Source of the DNA: Bacteroidales bacterium
Lineage (GTDB): Bacteria > Bacteroidota > Bacteroidia > Bacteroidales > UBA10428
Assembly: GCA_035258345.1 (NCBI GenBank)
Contig: DATEVU010000105.1
Span: forward strand, 73,366-137,365
Direction: 5' to 3'
Length of the DNA: 64,000 nucleotides
The position numbers and the translations under genes are program-made. Positions 8,321 through 17,745 of this stretch are shown here, in pieces (the first letter of the stretch is position 1; the number at the start of each line of letters is the position of its first letter). The notes below the pieces were generated by a model, which was given only the letters and a program-made list of their open reading frames with translations, did no database searches and was not told the DNA's origin.

Positions 8321-9703
8321 TCATCTTTCTAATAGCACCAGTGTTTCCAAATGATGCGTATGGGGCAGCATATCGAATGGCTGAATTCGGGTTACCTTGT
8401 ATACCTCGGTAAGCTGTTTCAGGTCAAAGGCCAGAGAAACAGGATTACAGCTCAGATATAAAACCTTCTCTGCCCCCGACATATTTATGGTCTTTTTTAT
8501 TTCTATCAGCGTTCCGGAGCGGGGAGGATCCAGCACGATCACTTCGGCAGTACCGTTTTCTTCCAGGAACCGGGGCGTAAAGGTTTCCAGGATGTCACCG
8601 GTAAGAAATGCCGTATTTTCAATACAATTTAATGCAGCATTTTCCCGGGCGTCTTCAATGGCGAGGGGTGATCCTTCGATACCGGTAACCTGCAGGGCCG
8701 AGGATGCCATTACCAGGGCTATCGACCCCACACCGGTGTACAGATCGTAGATCCTTTCCTTCCCGGTTAACTTAAGCCAGTCACGGGCAGCAAGGAAGAT
8801 ACTTTCCGCCTGGGCGGCATTCGGCTGAAAGAATGAAGACGCATGCATCCTGTAGCGGTACCCGGCAACATCTTCAAATAAATATGGCATTGTGCCGCCA
8901 AAGGGAACAATATCTCCCTGCAACTGGCTGTGCCGGGGAGAAAGATGGACAGTTGAGGACAGGGAAACAATTTGCGGGAATTGCTGCAACAGGCTGACCA
9001 GCAGTTTGTCCCTATCAGAAGGCCTGTCATCGCAGAAACCAATCACCACAAGAACCTCACCCGGCTTGTTAATACGGATGGAAAGGCTGCGCAGGTATCC
9101 GGTCTTAATTACATGATCGTAAAAATCAAAACCCAGGTCAAGGGCAGTGGCTTTAACAAACTCACATATGGAACGGCTGGGTTCTTTTTGCAGGTAACAT
9201 TCCCCGATGTCAATAACTTTGCCCGGTTCGCCATTCAGATGAAAACCCAGGGCCGGTACCGCTGTTCCCAGGGCCGGTATTACTGAAAAAGCAGATGAAG
9301 AAAAGGTGTATTCCATACGGTTCCTGAAATAAAGGGTTTCCGGTGATGGGATCACTGTTGGGACCTGGGGCGTGTTGATCCCGTATTTTTCGAGGGCGTT
9401 GAGGAGGATTTTTCGTTTCAATTCCAACTGATGATCATATTGTATATGCTGCCAGGGACAGCCACCACACTGCAGGAAGTGCCTGCAAAAGGGAACCTGG
9501 CGGAATGGCGATGCCGAAATTACCTCCTGTACATTCCCTCCGCGAAATCCCTGTTTGCGCTTTCCAGGTATGAAACTTACAGTCTCACCCGGAATGCCGT
9601 GTTTCAGGAACACATTTTTTGTCCCGAATTTTCCTGCACACCGGCCCGATGAGTGTATCCCGTCGAGATAAACGGGACCGGCAATTTGTCTTTGCTCCGC
9701 CAT
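8321..9703 (-). CDS. rlmD: 23S rRNA (uracil-C5)-methyltransferase, RlmD/RumA family
   Basis: 460 aa. TRAM-like N-terminus, Fe-S Cys cluster (CRHFLQCGGCPWQH), SAM methyltransferase motifs (DLYTGVGSI, VLDPPRSG). Confidence 0.85.
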   Translation of the reverse strand: MAEQRQIAGPVYLDGIHSSGRCAGKFGTKNVFLKHGIPGETVSFIPGKRKQGFRGGNVQEVISASPFRQVPFCRHFLQCGGCPWQHIQYDHQLELKRKILLNALEKYGINTPQVPTVIPSPETLYFRNRMEYTFSSSAFSVIPALGTAVPALGFHLNGEPGKVIDIGECYLQKEPSRSICEFVKATALDLGFDFYDHVIKTGYLRSLSIRINKPGEVLVVIGFCDDRPSDRDKLLVSLLQQFPQIVSLSSTVHLSPRHSQLQGDIVPFGGTMPYLFEDVAGYRYRMHASSFFQPNAAQAESIFLAARDWLKLTGKERIYDLYTGVGSIALVMASSALQVTGIEGSPLAIEDARENAALNCIENTAFLTGDILETFTPRFLEENGTAEVIVLDPPRSGTLIEIKKTINMSGAEKVLYLSCNPVSLAFDLKQLTEVYKVTRIQPFDMLPHTHHLETLVLLER

Positions 9704-9825
9704 TCCTGCTGTATAATAATAATTCCAAAGTTAATCAGCATTTTTTTTGTAAACCATTTTTGCTACTTTTATGGGAGTAGTTCGGCGTACACTAACCTGA
9801 AATTGTCAATATTTAGCTGTCATCC

Positions 9826-12024
9826 ATGAAAACTTTTTTTATGCTGATTAAAAACATGCTGTTATTCCTGTCTGTTTTGCTGATCATCCTTGTTTTATTC
9901 CTTTATCTGTACTATGGTATCCTGGATCATGGTTTCAGGCGGGAGGAAAAAAAAGCGGCCGCAAATGCCGGGAAACAATCAGCACAACCAGTTTCCGGGA
10001 ATTCGTTACGCAATGACCGGATGCTGAACCTGTTACCGGTACCGTATAAGATCGAATACCATGAAGGTAGCATAAAACTTCCCGGGAAGCTCACTTTTCA
10101 GGTGGATGCAACGTTGAAAGACCAGGTAGGGGATTTCCTTGAGGGATTGCCGGGAATAGAACCAGCCTGGGTGTCCGGCGGGGCATTTTTCCGGTGTGTG
10201 ATGGATGCATCAATTCCTGCACAGGGATACCGGCTTATTCTGAATCCCGGATACGCAGTGATAAATTACAGTACCGGTCAGGGATTGCATTACGGGCTGG
10301 TGACGGTAAAAGTGCTGATGCAGAATTATCAGAATAATATCCCCTGTGTTACCATCACGGATTCACCTGACCTTGAGATTCGCGGAGCAATGCTGGATAT
10401 CAGCAGGAACAAAGTGCCAACCCTTGCGACACTGATGGGAATTGCAGGTTTGCTGGCCGATCTGAAATATAATCACCTGGAACTGTATATCGAAGGTTTC
10501 TCTTTTGCTTACCCATCTTTCAAACCGCTTTGGGAAGGAAGTGAAACTCCGCTTACAGGCAATGAGATCAAACAATTGGATGCATTCTGCCGGGAGAACT
10601 ATATTGACCTGGTGCCCAACCAGAATTCCCTGGGCCACATGGCAGCCTGGCTGGCAACAAATGAATATCAGGATCTTGCAGAATGTCCGGATGGTTTCAG
10701 GTTGATGGGACTTATTAAAATGAAAACCACGCTCGATCCGAATGATCCGCGAAGCTTAGAACTGGTGACCCGGATGACCGATGATCTGCTTCCTAATTTC
10801 ACTTCGGGTTACTACAATGTTAACCTCGACGAACCGTTTGAACTGGGTGTCGGGAAAAATAAGAAATTAGCCCGAAAAAAGGGCGTCGGTCAGGTATACC
10901 TCGATTATGTCCTCAACCTGCATAAAATGGTTACCGCCAGGGATAAGAAAATGATGATGTGGTGTGATATTGCACTGAAACATCCGGAAATACTTACACA
11001 ATTGCCAGGTGACATTACCCTTCTCGATTGGGGTTATGAAGCCGAATATCCCTTTGACAGGAACGGCCATAAGTTAGATTCGGCAGGAATTTCATTTTTA
11101 GTGTGTCCCGGCACCAGCAGTTGGACTTCTATCACAGGACGGACTGCCAATATGCTCGGGAATATTGAAAATGCTGCTATTAGTGGTAAAAAGCACCATG
11201 CAAAGGGACTTCTGGTGACCGATTGGGGAGATATGGGTCACTGGCAGTATTTGCCGGTAAGCTATGCCGGCTATGCAACCGCCGGTGCTCTTGGATGGAA
11301 CAGCAACACAGCTGCCCAAATGCCCCTGCAGAAATTTCTCGATTCGTATGTTTTTCATGATCCTTCGGGACTGATGGGAGGTTTTGCCCTGGACATGGGC
11401 AGCTATAACCTGTTCGAGGAGTTTCTGATGTTTAACATGACGACCACCATGCTCACTTTCCAGTTTGGATTACGGGACAGGGTAATGGCAAGGGGAATAT
11501 TCAACAAGGTAATACAGGGTTTGACCACACTTATGAAGGATATAGCCCCTGATATGATAGATACAGTGAAAACACGGATTAAAATGCGGAAGGACTATGA
11601 TCATGCCGGACTGATGCAATTCCTTGACAAACAGGAGGGACTGTTGAAAAATATCAGGCTTGGCATGGCTGACAGCCTGCTGGTAAAGGATGAATACAGC
11701 AATGCAATTACCCTGATCAGGCTGGGAGCAGGAATAAAACAATATATTACTTCCCGGAACAGTCTTACAACCGATCAGGAATTGAATCTGCTGGTGGCAA
11801 TGGATTCGTTATGCAGCACCTATCTTAAAGAAAACAGCAGGCTCTGGTTGTTGAGGAATAAGCCGGGAGGCCTTGACGCCAGCACAGCTTCCCTGGTTAC
11901 GCTTAAGCTACAAATCGCACAGCGTACCGGGATATTGCAGGAATCGTCCTTCCGGCGCAACTGGCACAGGTTTACCGAGAAACTGGCTTCCGCTGCTTTG
12001 GTAATCTATTTAAAGCTGGTATGA
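9826..12024 (+). CDS. Glycoside hydrolase family 20-like (beta-N-acetylhexosaminidase-type), N-terminal membrane anchor
   Basis: 732 aa. TM segment LLFLSVLLIILVLFLYLYY; LLPVPYKIEYHEGSIKLPG (GH20 N-domain style); IRGAMLDISRNKVP (GH20 catalytic-domain signature). Confidence 0.65.
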   Translation: MKTFFMLIKNMLLFLSVLLIILVLFLYLYYGILDHGFRREEKKAAANAGKQSAQPVSGNSLRNDRMLNLLPVPYKIEYHEGSIKLPGKLTFQVDATLKDQVGDFLEGLPGIEPAWVSGGAFFRCVMDASIPAQGYRLILNPGYAVINYSTGQGLHYGLVTVKVLMQNYQNNIPCVTITDSPDLEIRGAMLDISRNKVPTLATLMGIAGLLADLKYNHLELYIEGFSFAYPSFKPLWEGSETPLTGNEIKQLDAFCRENYIDLVPNQNSLGHMAAWLATNEYQDLAECPDGFRLMGLIKMKTTLDPNDPRSLELVTRMTDDLLPNFTSGYYNVNLDEPFELGVGKNKKLARKKGVGQVYLDYVLNLHKMVTARDKKMMMWCDIALKHPEILTQLPGDITLLDWGYEAEYPFDRNGHKLDSAGISFLVCPGTSSWTSITGRTANMLGNIENAAISGKKHHAKGLLVTDWGDMGHWQYLPVSYAGYATAGALGWNSNTAAQMPLQKFLDSYVFHDPSGLMGGFALDMGSYNLFEEFLMFNMTTTMLTFQFGLRDRVMARGIFNKVIQGLTTLMKDIAPDMIDTVKTRIKMRKDYDHAGLMQFLDKQEGLLKNIRLGMADSLLVKDEYSNAITLIRLGAGIKQYITSRNSLTTDQELNLLVAMDSLCSTYLKENSRLWLLRNKPGGLDASTASLVTLKLQIAQRTGILQESSFRRNWHRFTEKLASAALVIYLKLV

Positions 12025-12031
12025 AATACCC

Positions 12032-12045
12032 CCACCCCGGGGTGG
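12032..12045 (+). terminator. GC-rich perfect palindrome CCACCCCGGGGTGG just after the GH20-like stop; possible terminator hairpin
   Basis: A 14-nt perfect palindrome begins 8 nt after the stop. The downstream sequence is T-rich (catatttcttttta) but there is no clean U-run. Confidence 0.35.
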
Positions 12046-12068
12046 TCGTGAGATTCCATATTTCTTTT

Positions 12069-12076
12069 TACATTTG
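12069..12076 (+). promoter_or_regulatory. Exact Bacteroidota -7 box (TAcaTTTG) upstream of darA
   Basis: TACATTTG ends 21 nt before the darA ATG. It matches the TAnnTTTG consensus of sigma-ABfr type promoters. Confidence 0.45.
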
Positions 12077-12096
12077 TGTTTCTTATGTAGATTTCC

Positions 12097-13011
12097 ATGC
12101 CTAAAAAAGTACTTGTAGTTTATTACACGCAAACCGGACAATTGCGTGAGATCGTAAGTTCGATTACCGCACCCCTGGCTACAGAGGATGATATAACACT
12201 TGTTTTTGAGGAGCTCAAGCCAAAGCCCGGATTTCCATTCCCCTGGCCGGCCGATCAGTTCTTTCAAGCCATGCCGGAATCGGTAAAGGGCATCCCATGT
12301 GAGCTCGAAACGCTATCGGTAAGCGGTGAGGAAAATTTCGACCTGATTATTGTAGCCTGGCAACCCTGGTTTCTGTCTCCATCCATACCCATTCATGCAT
12401 TTTTTCAGCTCGAAGCAGCAAAAAAAATGTTGCCGGGCAAGCCTGTCATTACCCTTATCGGTTCCCGCAACATGTGGGTGATGGCTCAGGAACAAATAAA
12501 GAAATATATTAACGGCGCAAACGGCCGATTGGTCGGCAATATCGTGTTGTACGACAAAAATCCCAACCTCCTGAGCGTTGTGTCCATCATACGCTGGCTG
12601 ATTCAGGGAAAGAAAGACAGGTATATGGGAATTATTCCGGCGGCAGGTGTTTCGGATGAGGATATCCTTTCATCTTCACGTTTCGGGCATCTGATTGTTG
12701 ATGCAATGAAAACCGGTAACTATGACAGCCTTCAGCGCGACCTTGTTAACAAGGGTGCGGTTAATGTACTTCCCGGTATTTTGATGATCGAAAAGCGGGG
12801 TATCATCCTGTTCCGGTTATGGGCGAATTTTATATTAAAAAAAGGAAGCTATGGAGATAAGGCACGGCAAAGACGTGTGCGCCTTTTCAAATACTACCTG
12901 CTTGCCGTGTTGTACCTGGTATCACCGTTTGCCTCAATCCTGTTTTTTTTAATAAAACCATTCCGCGGCAAAGCAATAAAAAAACAAATATCTTTATATC
13001 AGTCTACTTAA
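12097..13011 (+). CDS. darA: DarA-like dialkylresorcinol biosynthesis protein (flavodoxin-like N-terminus)
   Basis: 304 aa. The N-terminus MPKKVLVVYYTQTGQLREIV is typical of DarA-family proteins as I recall them. Hydrophobic C-terminal tail. Immediately upstream of a KAS III (darB) gene. Confidence 0.6.
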   Translation: MPKKVLVVYYTQTGQLREIVSSITAPLATEDDITLVFEELKPKPGFPFPWPADQFFQAMPESVKGIPCELETLSVSGEENFDLIIVAWQPWFLSPSIPIHAFFQLEAAKKMLPGKPVITLIGSRNMWVMAQEQIKKYINGANGRLVGNIVLYDKNPNLLSVVSIIRWLIQGKKDRYMGIIPAAGVSDEDILSSSRFGHLIVDAMKTGNYDSLQRDLVNKGAVNVLPGILMIEKRGIILFRLWANFILKKGSYGDKARQRRVRLFKYYLLAVLYLVSPFASILFFLIKPFRGKAIKKQISLYQST

Positions 13012-13088
13012 TCATGTTTAAATGTTTTTTTTAGTTTTGCTTTTTCAAATCTATAATGAGTAATCAGCGATCTTTTATCTAATTTCCT

Positions 13089-14225
13089 ATGTCAAACGAG
13101 GTTTTTATTACCGGTATTACCAAGTATTTTCCCAATAATCCTGTTTCAAACGACGAAATGGAGGACTATTTAGGCATGATCGATAACCGGCCATCCAAAG
13201 CCAGGAGAATTGTGCTGAGAAACAATGGGATTACAAACCGGTATTATGCCCTTGAAAAAGGCGGGAAGTCAACCCACACCAATGCTGAACTTGCTGCTGC
13301 AGCAGTAAGGATCCTTTTTAACCAGCGCTTTAAAAAGGAAGATGTACAGTTGTTGGCGTGCGGGACTGCTTCACCTGACCAGATTATGCCTTCCCATGCT
13401 TCCATGGTTCATGGCCTGCTCGATATCCCATCCATAGAAATAGCGTCGTTTGCCGGTTCGTGCTGTGCCAGCGTGCAGGCACTCAAGTTTGGCTGGATGT
13501 CGGTTCTTTCAGGCAATACGACCAATGCCGTTTGCACCGGTTCTGAAGTTCTTTCAATTTGGATGCTTTCCAGGTATTTTGAAAAAGAAACTGAAAATGA
13601 GGCCAAATTGAAAGAAAATCCGCTACTGGCTTTCGAAAAGGAATTTCTCCGGTGGATGTTGTCGGATGGTGCAGGTGCCGTGCTTGTTGAGAATAAACCG
13701 GCGGGTGACCTTCCCCTGCGTATCGACTGGATTGATATCAGGTCGTATGCAAGTACCATGAAAACATGTATGTATGCCGGAGCTGATACGGAACCAAATG
13801 GTGAAATACTTGGTTGGTGCAGGTATGAACCTGAAGACTGGCTGCACAGATCAATATTTTCCATGAAACAGGATACCCGGATGCTGGGTGAAAGCATTGT
13901 TAAACTGGGTGGTCAGTTCCTTAAGGAGATCATTGAAGCCCGGAATTTTGATATCAATTCAATCGATTATTTCCTGCCGCATCTTTCCTCCGAATTTTTC
14001 CGCAATCCCATTTTCTCCGAGCTGAGTAAGCTGGGGATTCACATTCCAAAGGAGAAATGGTTTACCAATCTTACCAGGGTGGGCAATGTGGCAACAGCTT
14101 CCTTTATCCTGATGCTCGAGGAACTGATGCAAACACATGATCTTAAACGGGGTCAGAAGATACTTATCCAGGTCCCTGAAAGCGCCAGGTTTACCTATGC
14201 ATACGCCCTGCTTACAGTTTGTTAG
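13089..14225 (+). CDS. darB: DarB-like beta-ketoacyl-ACP synthase III (head-to-head condensing ketosynthase)
   Basis: 378 aa. FabH-type Cys-His-Asn triad contexts (FAGSCCASVQAL; FLPHLSS; RVGNVATASF). Confidence 0.75.
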   Translation: MSNEVFITGITKYFPNNPVSNDEMEDYLGMIDNRPSKARRIVLRNNGITNRYYALEKGGKSTHTNAELAAAAVRILFNQRFKKEDVQLLACGTASPDQIMPSHASMVHGLLDIPSIEIASFAGSCCASVQALKFGWMSVLSGNTTNAVCTGSEVLSIWMLSRYFEKETENEAKLKENPLLAFEKEFLRWMLSDGAGAVLVENKPAGDLPLRIDWIDIRSYASTMKTCMYAGADTEPNGEILGWCRYEPEDWLHRSIFSMKQDTRMLGESIVKLGGQFLKEIIEARNFDINSIDYFLPHLSSEFFRNPIFSELSKLGIHIPKEKWFTNLTRVGNVATASFILMLEELMQTHDLKRGQKILIQVPESARFTYAYALLTVC

Positions 14226-14266
14226 CAGGGAGAGATCTGGCTTAAAAAATAGATTGTAATACTGAT

Positions 14267-14698
14267 ATGAAAACCGATGAAGTTCCGCAGGACAAGGGTT
14301 TTCTGATCGAGGGAAAGATCAGCGACCTGAATTATGTGGTGGACAAGGACGGCCATTATACAAGCAGGCAAAGCAAAGGATGGATGCCTAAAAATGAAGC
14401 CATAAGGCTTGCCTGGGAACAGATTTATGAGCATGCCGAAGAGGTACGCCAACAGGTACTAGCCGGAAAAGCCAGTCCCATTGCACTTTATATGGAACTT
14501 AATGTAATGGATGTTTCCATTTTGGCCAGTTATATGGAACTTCCGAAGAGAAAAGTCAGAAGGCACCTGAAAATGAAAGAATTCAACCACCTTTCACCTG
14601 AAATGATCTCCCGTTATGCAGACGTATTGAACCTTACACCGGAAGAACTGGTTAGTGTGGACAGAATTCGCGGGATTAAATTTGAACATGAAGATTGA
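14267..14698 (+). CDS. Hypothetical protein with a possible XRE-like HTH in the C-terminal half
   Basis: 143 aa. ...MDVSILASYMELPKRKVRRHLK...LSPEMISRYADVLNLTPEEL resembles a helix-turn-helix layout. Overlaps the next gene by 11 nt. Confidence 0.5.
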   Translation: MKTDEVPQDKGFLIEGKISDLNYVVDKDGHYTSRQSKGWMPKNEAIRLAWEQIYEHAEEVRQQVLAGKASPIALYMELNVMDVSILASYMELPKRKVRRHLKMKEFNHLSPEMISRYADVLNLTPEELVSVDRIRGIKFEHED

Positions 14699-15692
14699 AT
14701 TTCAACATATACAGGCAGCACATTGTGAGAATGGGGTGACTGCCAATTTGTTAAGGTTTTACGGTGTGGATCTCAGCGAGCCAATGGTATTCGGACTTGG
14801 ATCGGGATATTTTTTTTCCCACATGCCTTTTATCAAGCTCAACGGTATGGCCGTTACATCGTTCAGGGTGCTGCCAGGCTGGATTTTTAAGCGTGTTACA
14901 CACAAGTTCGGCATCCGGGTCAGACGCCTGAAATTCACAAATCCCGATAAAGCCATGCTGGCACTTGACAACCTTCTTGAGCAAGGGATCCCAGTAGGGT
15001 TGCTGGTAGGGGTCTTTCATCTGTCTTATTTTCCCAAAGAATACCGGTTTCATTTCAACGCACATAATATAACTGTTTTTGGAAAGGAAGACGATAAATA
15101 CCTGATCAGCGATCCGGTTATGGAGAACGTGGAAACCCTTACCTGTGACGAACTCAGGAAGGTCCGGTTTGCCCAGGGAACCTATCCTCCCCGGGGCCGG
15201 ATGTATTATATTACCGGAGTTGCCAGGACGCCGGATCTCAAACCTGCCATCATAAAAGGTATACATAAGACTGCAAAGGATATGCTCACTATACCCCTGC
15301 CGATGTTTGGCGTGGGAGGTATCCGGTATATGGCGGGCAGGATCCGGAAATGGCCTGTTAAACTTGGCGAAAAGGCTGCAGCCCTGAACCTGAGCCAGAT
15401 TATCCGCATGCTCGAAGAGATAGGAACAGGAGGTGCCGGGTTCAGGTTTATGTATGCAGCATTCCTTCAGGAAAGTTCAGAAGTTTTGGGGAATCCCCTG
15501 CTGAATGAATTGAGCAGGGAAATGACCGAAACAGGTGATAAATGGCGTGAATTTGCCTGGCAGGCTGCCCGTTGTTTTAAGAATCGCGACAAGGGTCAGG
15601 TTTCATATGGTATGCTGGCGGATATGCTTTTGGACATTGCGAACAGGGAAGAAAAGGTTTTCAGGCAACTCAGGAAAATAAGCGTTGGATGA
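14688..15692 (+). CDS. BtrH_N-like (papain-fold, ACP-dependent acyltransferase-like) protein
   Basis: MKIEFQHIQAAHCENGVTANLLRFYGVDLSEPMVFGLGSGYFFSH matches my recollection of the BtrH N-terminal domain family. The track start 14655 is a GTG; the ATG at 14688 is preferred. Confidence 0.5.
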   Translation: MKIEFQHIQAAHCENGVTANLLRFYGVDLSEPMVFGLGSGYFFSHMPFIKLNGMAVTSFRVLPGWIFKRVTHKFGIRVRRLKFTNPDKAMLALDNLLEQGIPVGLLVGVFHLSYFPKEYRFHFNAHNITVFGKEDDKYLISDPVMENVETLTCDELRKVRFAQGTYPPRGRMYYITGVARTPDLKPAIIKGIHKTAKDMLTIPLPMFGVGGIRYMAGRIRKWPVKLGEKAAALNLSQIIRMLEEIGTGGAGFRFMYAAFLQESSEVLGNPLLNELSREMTETGDKWREFAWQAARCFKNRDKGQVSYGMLADMLLDIANREEKVFRQLRKISVG

Positions 15693-16441
15693 AAGGAGAT
15701 ACAGCCATTAAGATTCGGGATCTTACCCGGGTATACAGGGGAAATTCAAAACCTGCTGTAGACAAGGTAAATATGGATATTCCGGAAAGCCTGATCTTTG
15801 GATTGCTGGGACCGAATGGTGCCGGCAAGACCACCATGATACGCATCCTGTGCGGATTGCTGGCACCAACCGCCGGCGAGGTTACGATTGGCGGATTTTC
15901 TCTCCGCCATGACCTGCCCTCAATACGCAGGATCATTGGCGTAGTGCCCCAGGAAATTGCCCTTTATCCGAGCCTTACAGCACGTGAGAATCTTACCGTT
16001 TTCGGGGGGATCTGCGGACTTAACGGCAGCGAACTCAGGAACCGGATTGACAAATGGCTGAATATATTCGGGCTCGAAAAAAATCAACACCGGCAGGTAG
16101 GACGTTATTCGGGAGGGATGAAACGCAGGTTGAACCTGATAGCTGGATTATTGCACAATCCGCAGATCCTGTTCCTCGATGAACCTACTGTGGGTGTTGA
16201 TGTTCAATCGAAAAAAGTGATCATTGACAATCTCATGGAAATCAACCGGGGTGGCACTACAATTGTTTATACCTCCCACTATCTCGAAGAAGCGGAGAAT
16301 TTATGCTCCTACCTGGCCATCATCGATGAAGGCAGGATCATCACACGCGGTACGCTCCATGAAATCAGGAAAGAAAACAATACCGAGTCGGACCTCGAGA
16401 ATATTTTCATCAAACTAACCGGGAAAGATTTGAGGGATTGA
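15689..16441 (+). CDS. ABC transporter ATP-binding protein
   Basis: Walker A GPNGAGKTT, signature YSGGMKRRL, Walker B LFLDEPT. ATGA overlap with the upstream gene. Confidence 0.9.
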   Translation: MKGDTAIKIRDLTRVYRGNSKPAVDKVNMDIPESLIFGLLGPNGAGKTTMIRILCGLLAPTAGEVTIGGFSLRHDLPSIRRIIGVVPQEIALYPSLTARENLTVFGGICGLNGSELRNRIDKWLNIFGLEKNQHRQVGRYSGGMKRRLNLIAGLLHNPQILFLDEPTVGVDVQSKKVIIDNLMEINRGGTTIVYTSHYLEEAENLCSYLAIIDEGRIITRGTLHEIRKENNTESDLENIFIKLTGKDLRD

Positions 16442-16444
16442 ACT

Positions 16445-17722
16445 ATGCGCGTGATATTCAAGTTAATATATAAAGATTTCCTGGTCCTGATCAGGGACAG
16501 GGGAGGGTTGGCCATGCTGTTCGTCATGCCTATGGCCCTGGTGCTGATAATGACAAGCCTGCAGGACAATACATTCAAATCCATCAACGAGAGCGGTATT
16601 AACCTGATCCTCATGAACAACGACACTGATTCACTGGGTACTGCCATTGAAGCGGAAATTATCCGGTCGAATTTCTTTAAAGTCCACCGGGAAATCAGCG
16701 GTCAGAAACCAACCGGGCAGGATGTTAAAGAAGCTGTGGCTTCCGGTAACTTTCAAATAGGCATGGTGATCCCGGCCAACGCCACACGGCAGATCCGTGA
16801 CCGGGTTAAGCATAACATGGATAATCTGTTTTCGGGTGATACTGCAGCGCAGGCAGGGCATGATTCTGTTTTTATCATGTTGTATATTGACCCGGCAACC
16901 AAGAATTCACTCCGCTCAACCCTGCAGGGATCGATCAGGGAGTACGCTGCCCGTGTGGAATCACGGATCGTGCTCAATGAACTGACCCGTGAGATCAATA
17001 CCCGGCTGATGATGCCGGTGGCCAACCTGAACCAGATGAAGCAGGAAACGGTTTTTTACAGGGAAGAGTATGTTGCCCGGGGTAATAAGACAGTAATCCC
17101 GAACTCGGTACAACACAATGTGCCAGCCTGGACGCTTTTCGCGATGTTTTTCATTGTAATACCCTTTGCAAGTTCCATGATCAAGGAAAGGGAAGATGGC
17201 AGCCTGTCGCGGCTTCTTACCATGCCCTGTTCCTATGGCACCATCATGGTAAGCAAAATATTGGTATACCTCGTGGTATGTTTTCTCCAGTTCGTATTGA
17301 TCATGCTCATGGGGGTCGTTTTATTTCCCTGGCTGGGATTGCCTGCGCTGATGGTTACCGGCCACCTGTTAAGTCTTTCGGTAATGGCCGTGGCAGCAGC
17401 ACTGGCAGCCATCGGTTATGGAATTTCGATCGGCACTATTGCACGCACCCACCAGCAGGCGGCTATATTCGCCTCCATTTCGGTAGTTATCCTGGCTGCC
17501 ATAGGAGGTATATGGGTGCCGGTTTTCATGATGCCCCCGCTGTTCAGGAGCATCAGCGTGGTATCACCCCTGAACTGGGGATTAAATGGCTTTTATGACA
17601 TCCTGGTGCGGAATGCAGGATTGGCCGATGTTGTCCGGTACGGGATATGGATGTTGCTGTTTTCCCTGGCATGTTTGATTATAGCATTGTATTACCACCG
17701 TCTAAGAAGAGAATTAAGCTAG
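16445..17722 (+). CDS. ABC-2 type transporter permease
   Basis: 425 aa. One N-terminal TM, a large extracytoplasmic loop, then 5-6 C-terminal TMs. Follows the ATPase by 3 nt. Confidence 0.8.
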   Translation: MRVIFKLIYKDFLVLIRDRGGLAMLFVMPMALVLIMTSLQDNTFKSINESGINLILMNNDTDSLGTAIEAEIIRSNFFKVHREISGQKPTGQDVKEAVASGNFQIGMVIPANATRQIRDRVKHNMDNLFSGDTAAQAGHDSVFIMLYIDPATKNSLRSTLQGSIREYAARVESRIVLNELTREINTRLMMPVANLNQMKQETVFYREEYVARGNKTVIPNSVQHNVPAWTLFAMFFIVIPFASSMIKEREDGSLSRLLTMPCSYGTIMVSKILVYLVVCFLQFVLIMLMGVVLFPWLGLPALMVTGHLLSLSVMAVAAALAAIGYGISIGTIARTHQQAAIFASISVVILAAIGGIWVPVFMMPPLFRSISVVSPLNWGLNGFYDILVRNAGLADVVRYGIWMLLFSLACLIIALYYHRLRRELS

Positions 17723-17745
17723 GCGTGTTATCTGCGGATAAAACC

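Noticed and set aside
9826-12024. GH20-like gene as part of the pigment cluster
   Set aside because: It is separated from darA by a palindromic terminator-like element and a -7 box. No GH20 function is known in flexirubin or aryl-polyene pathways.
14751-15266. 171-aa minus-strand ORF (and 13409-13897, 32052-32642)
   Set aside because: These are antisense to the BtrH_N-like, darB and CLF-2 genes respectively. Their composition is typical of shadow ORFs.
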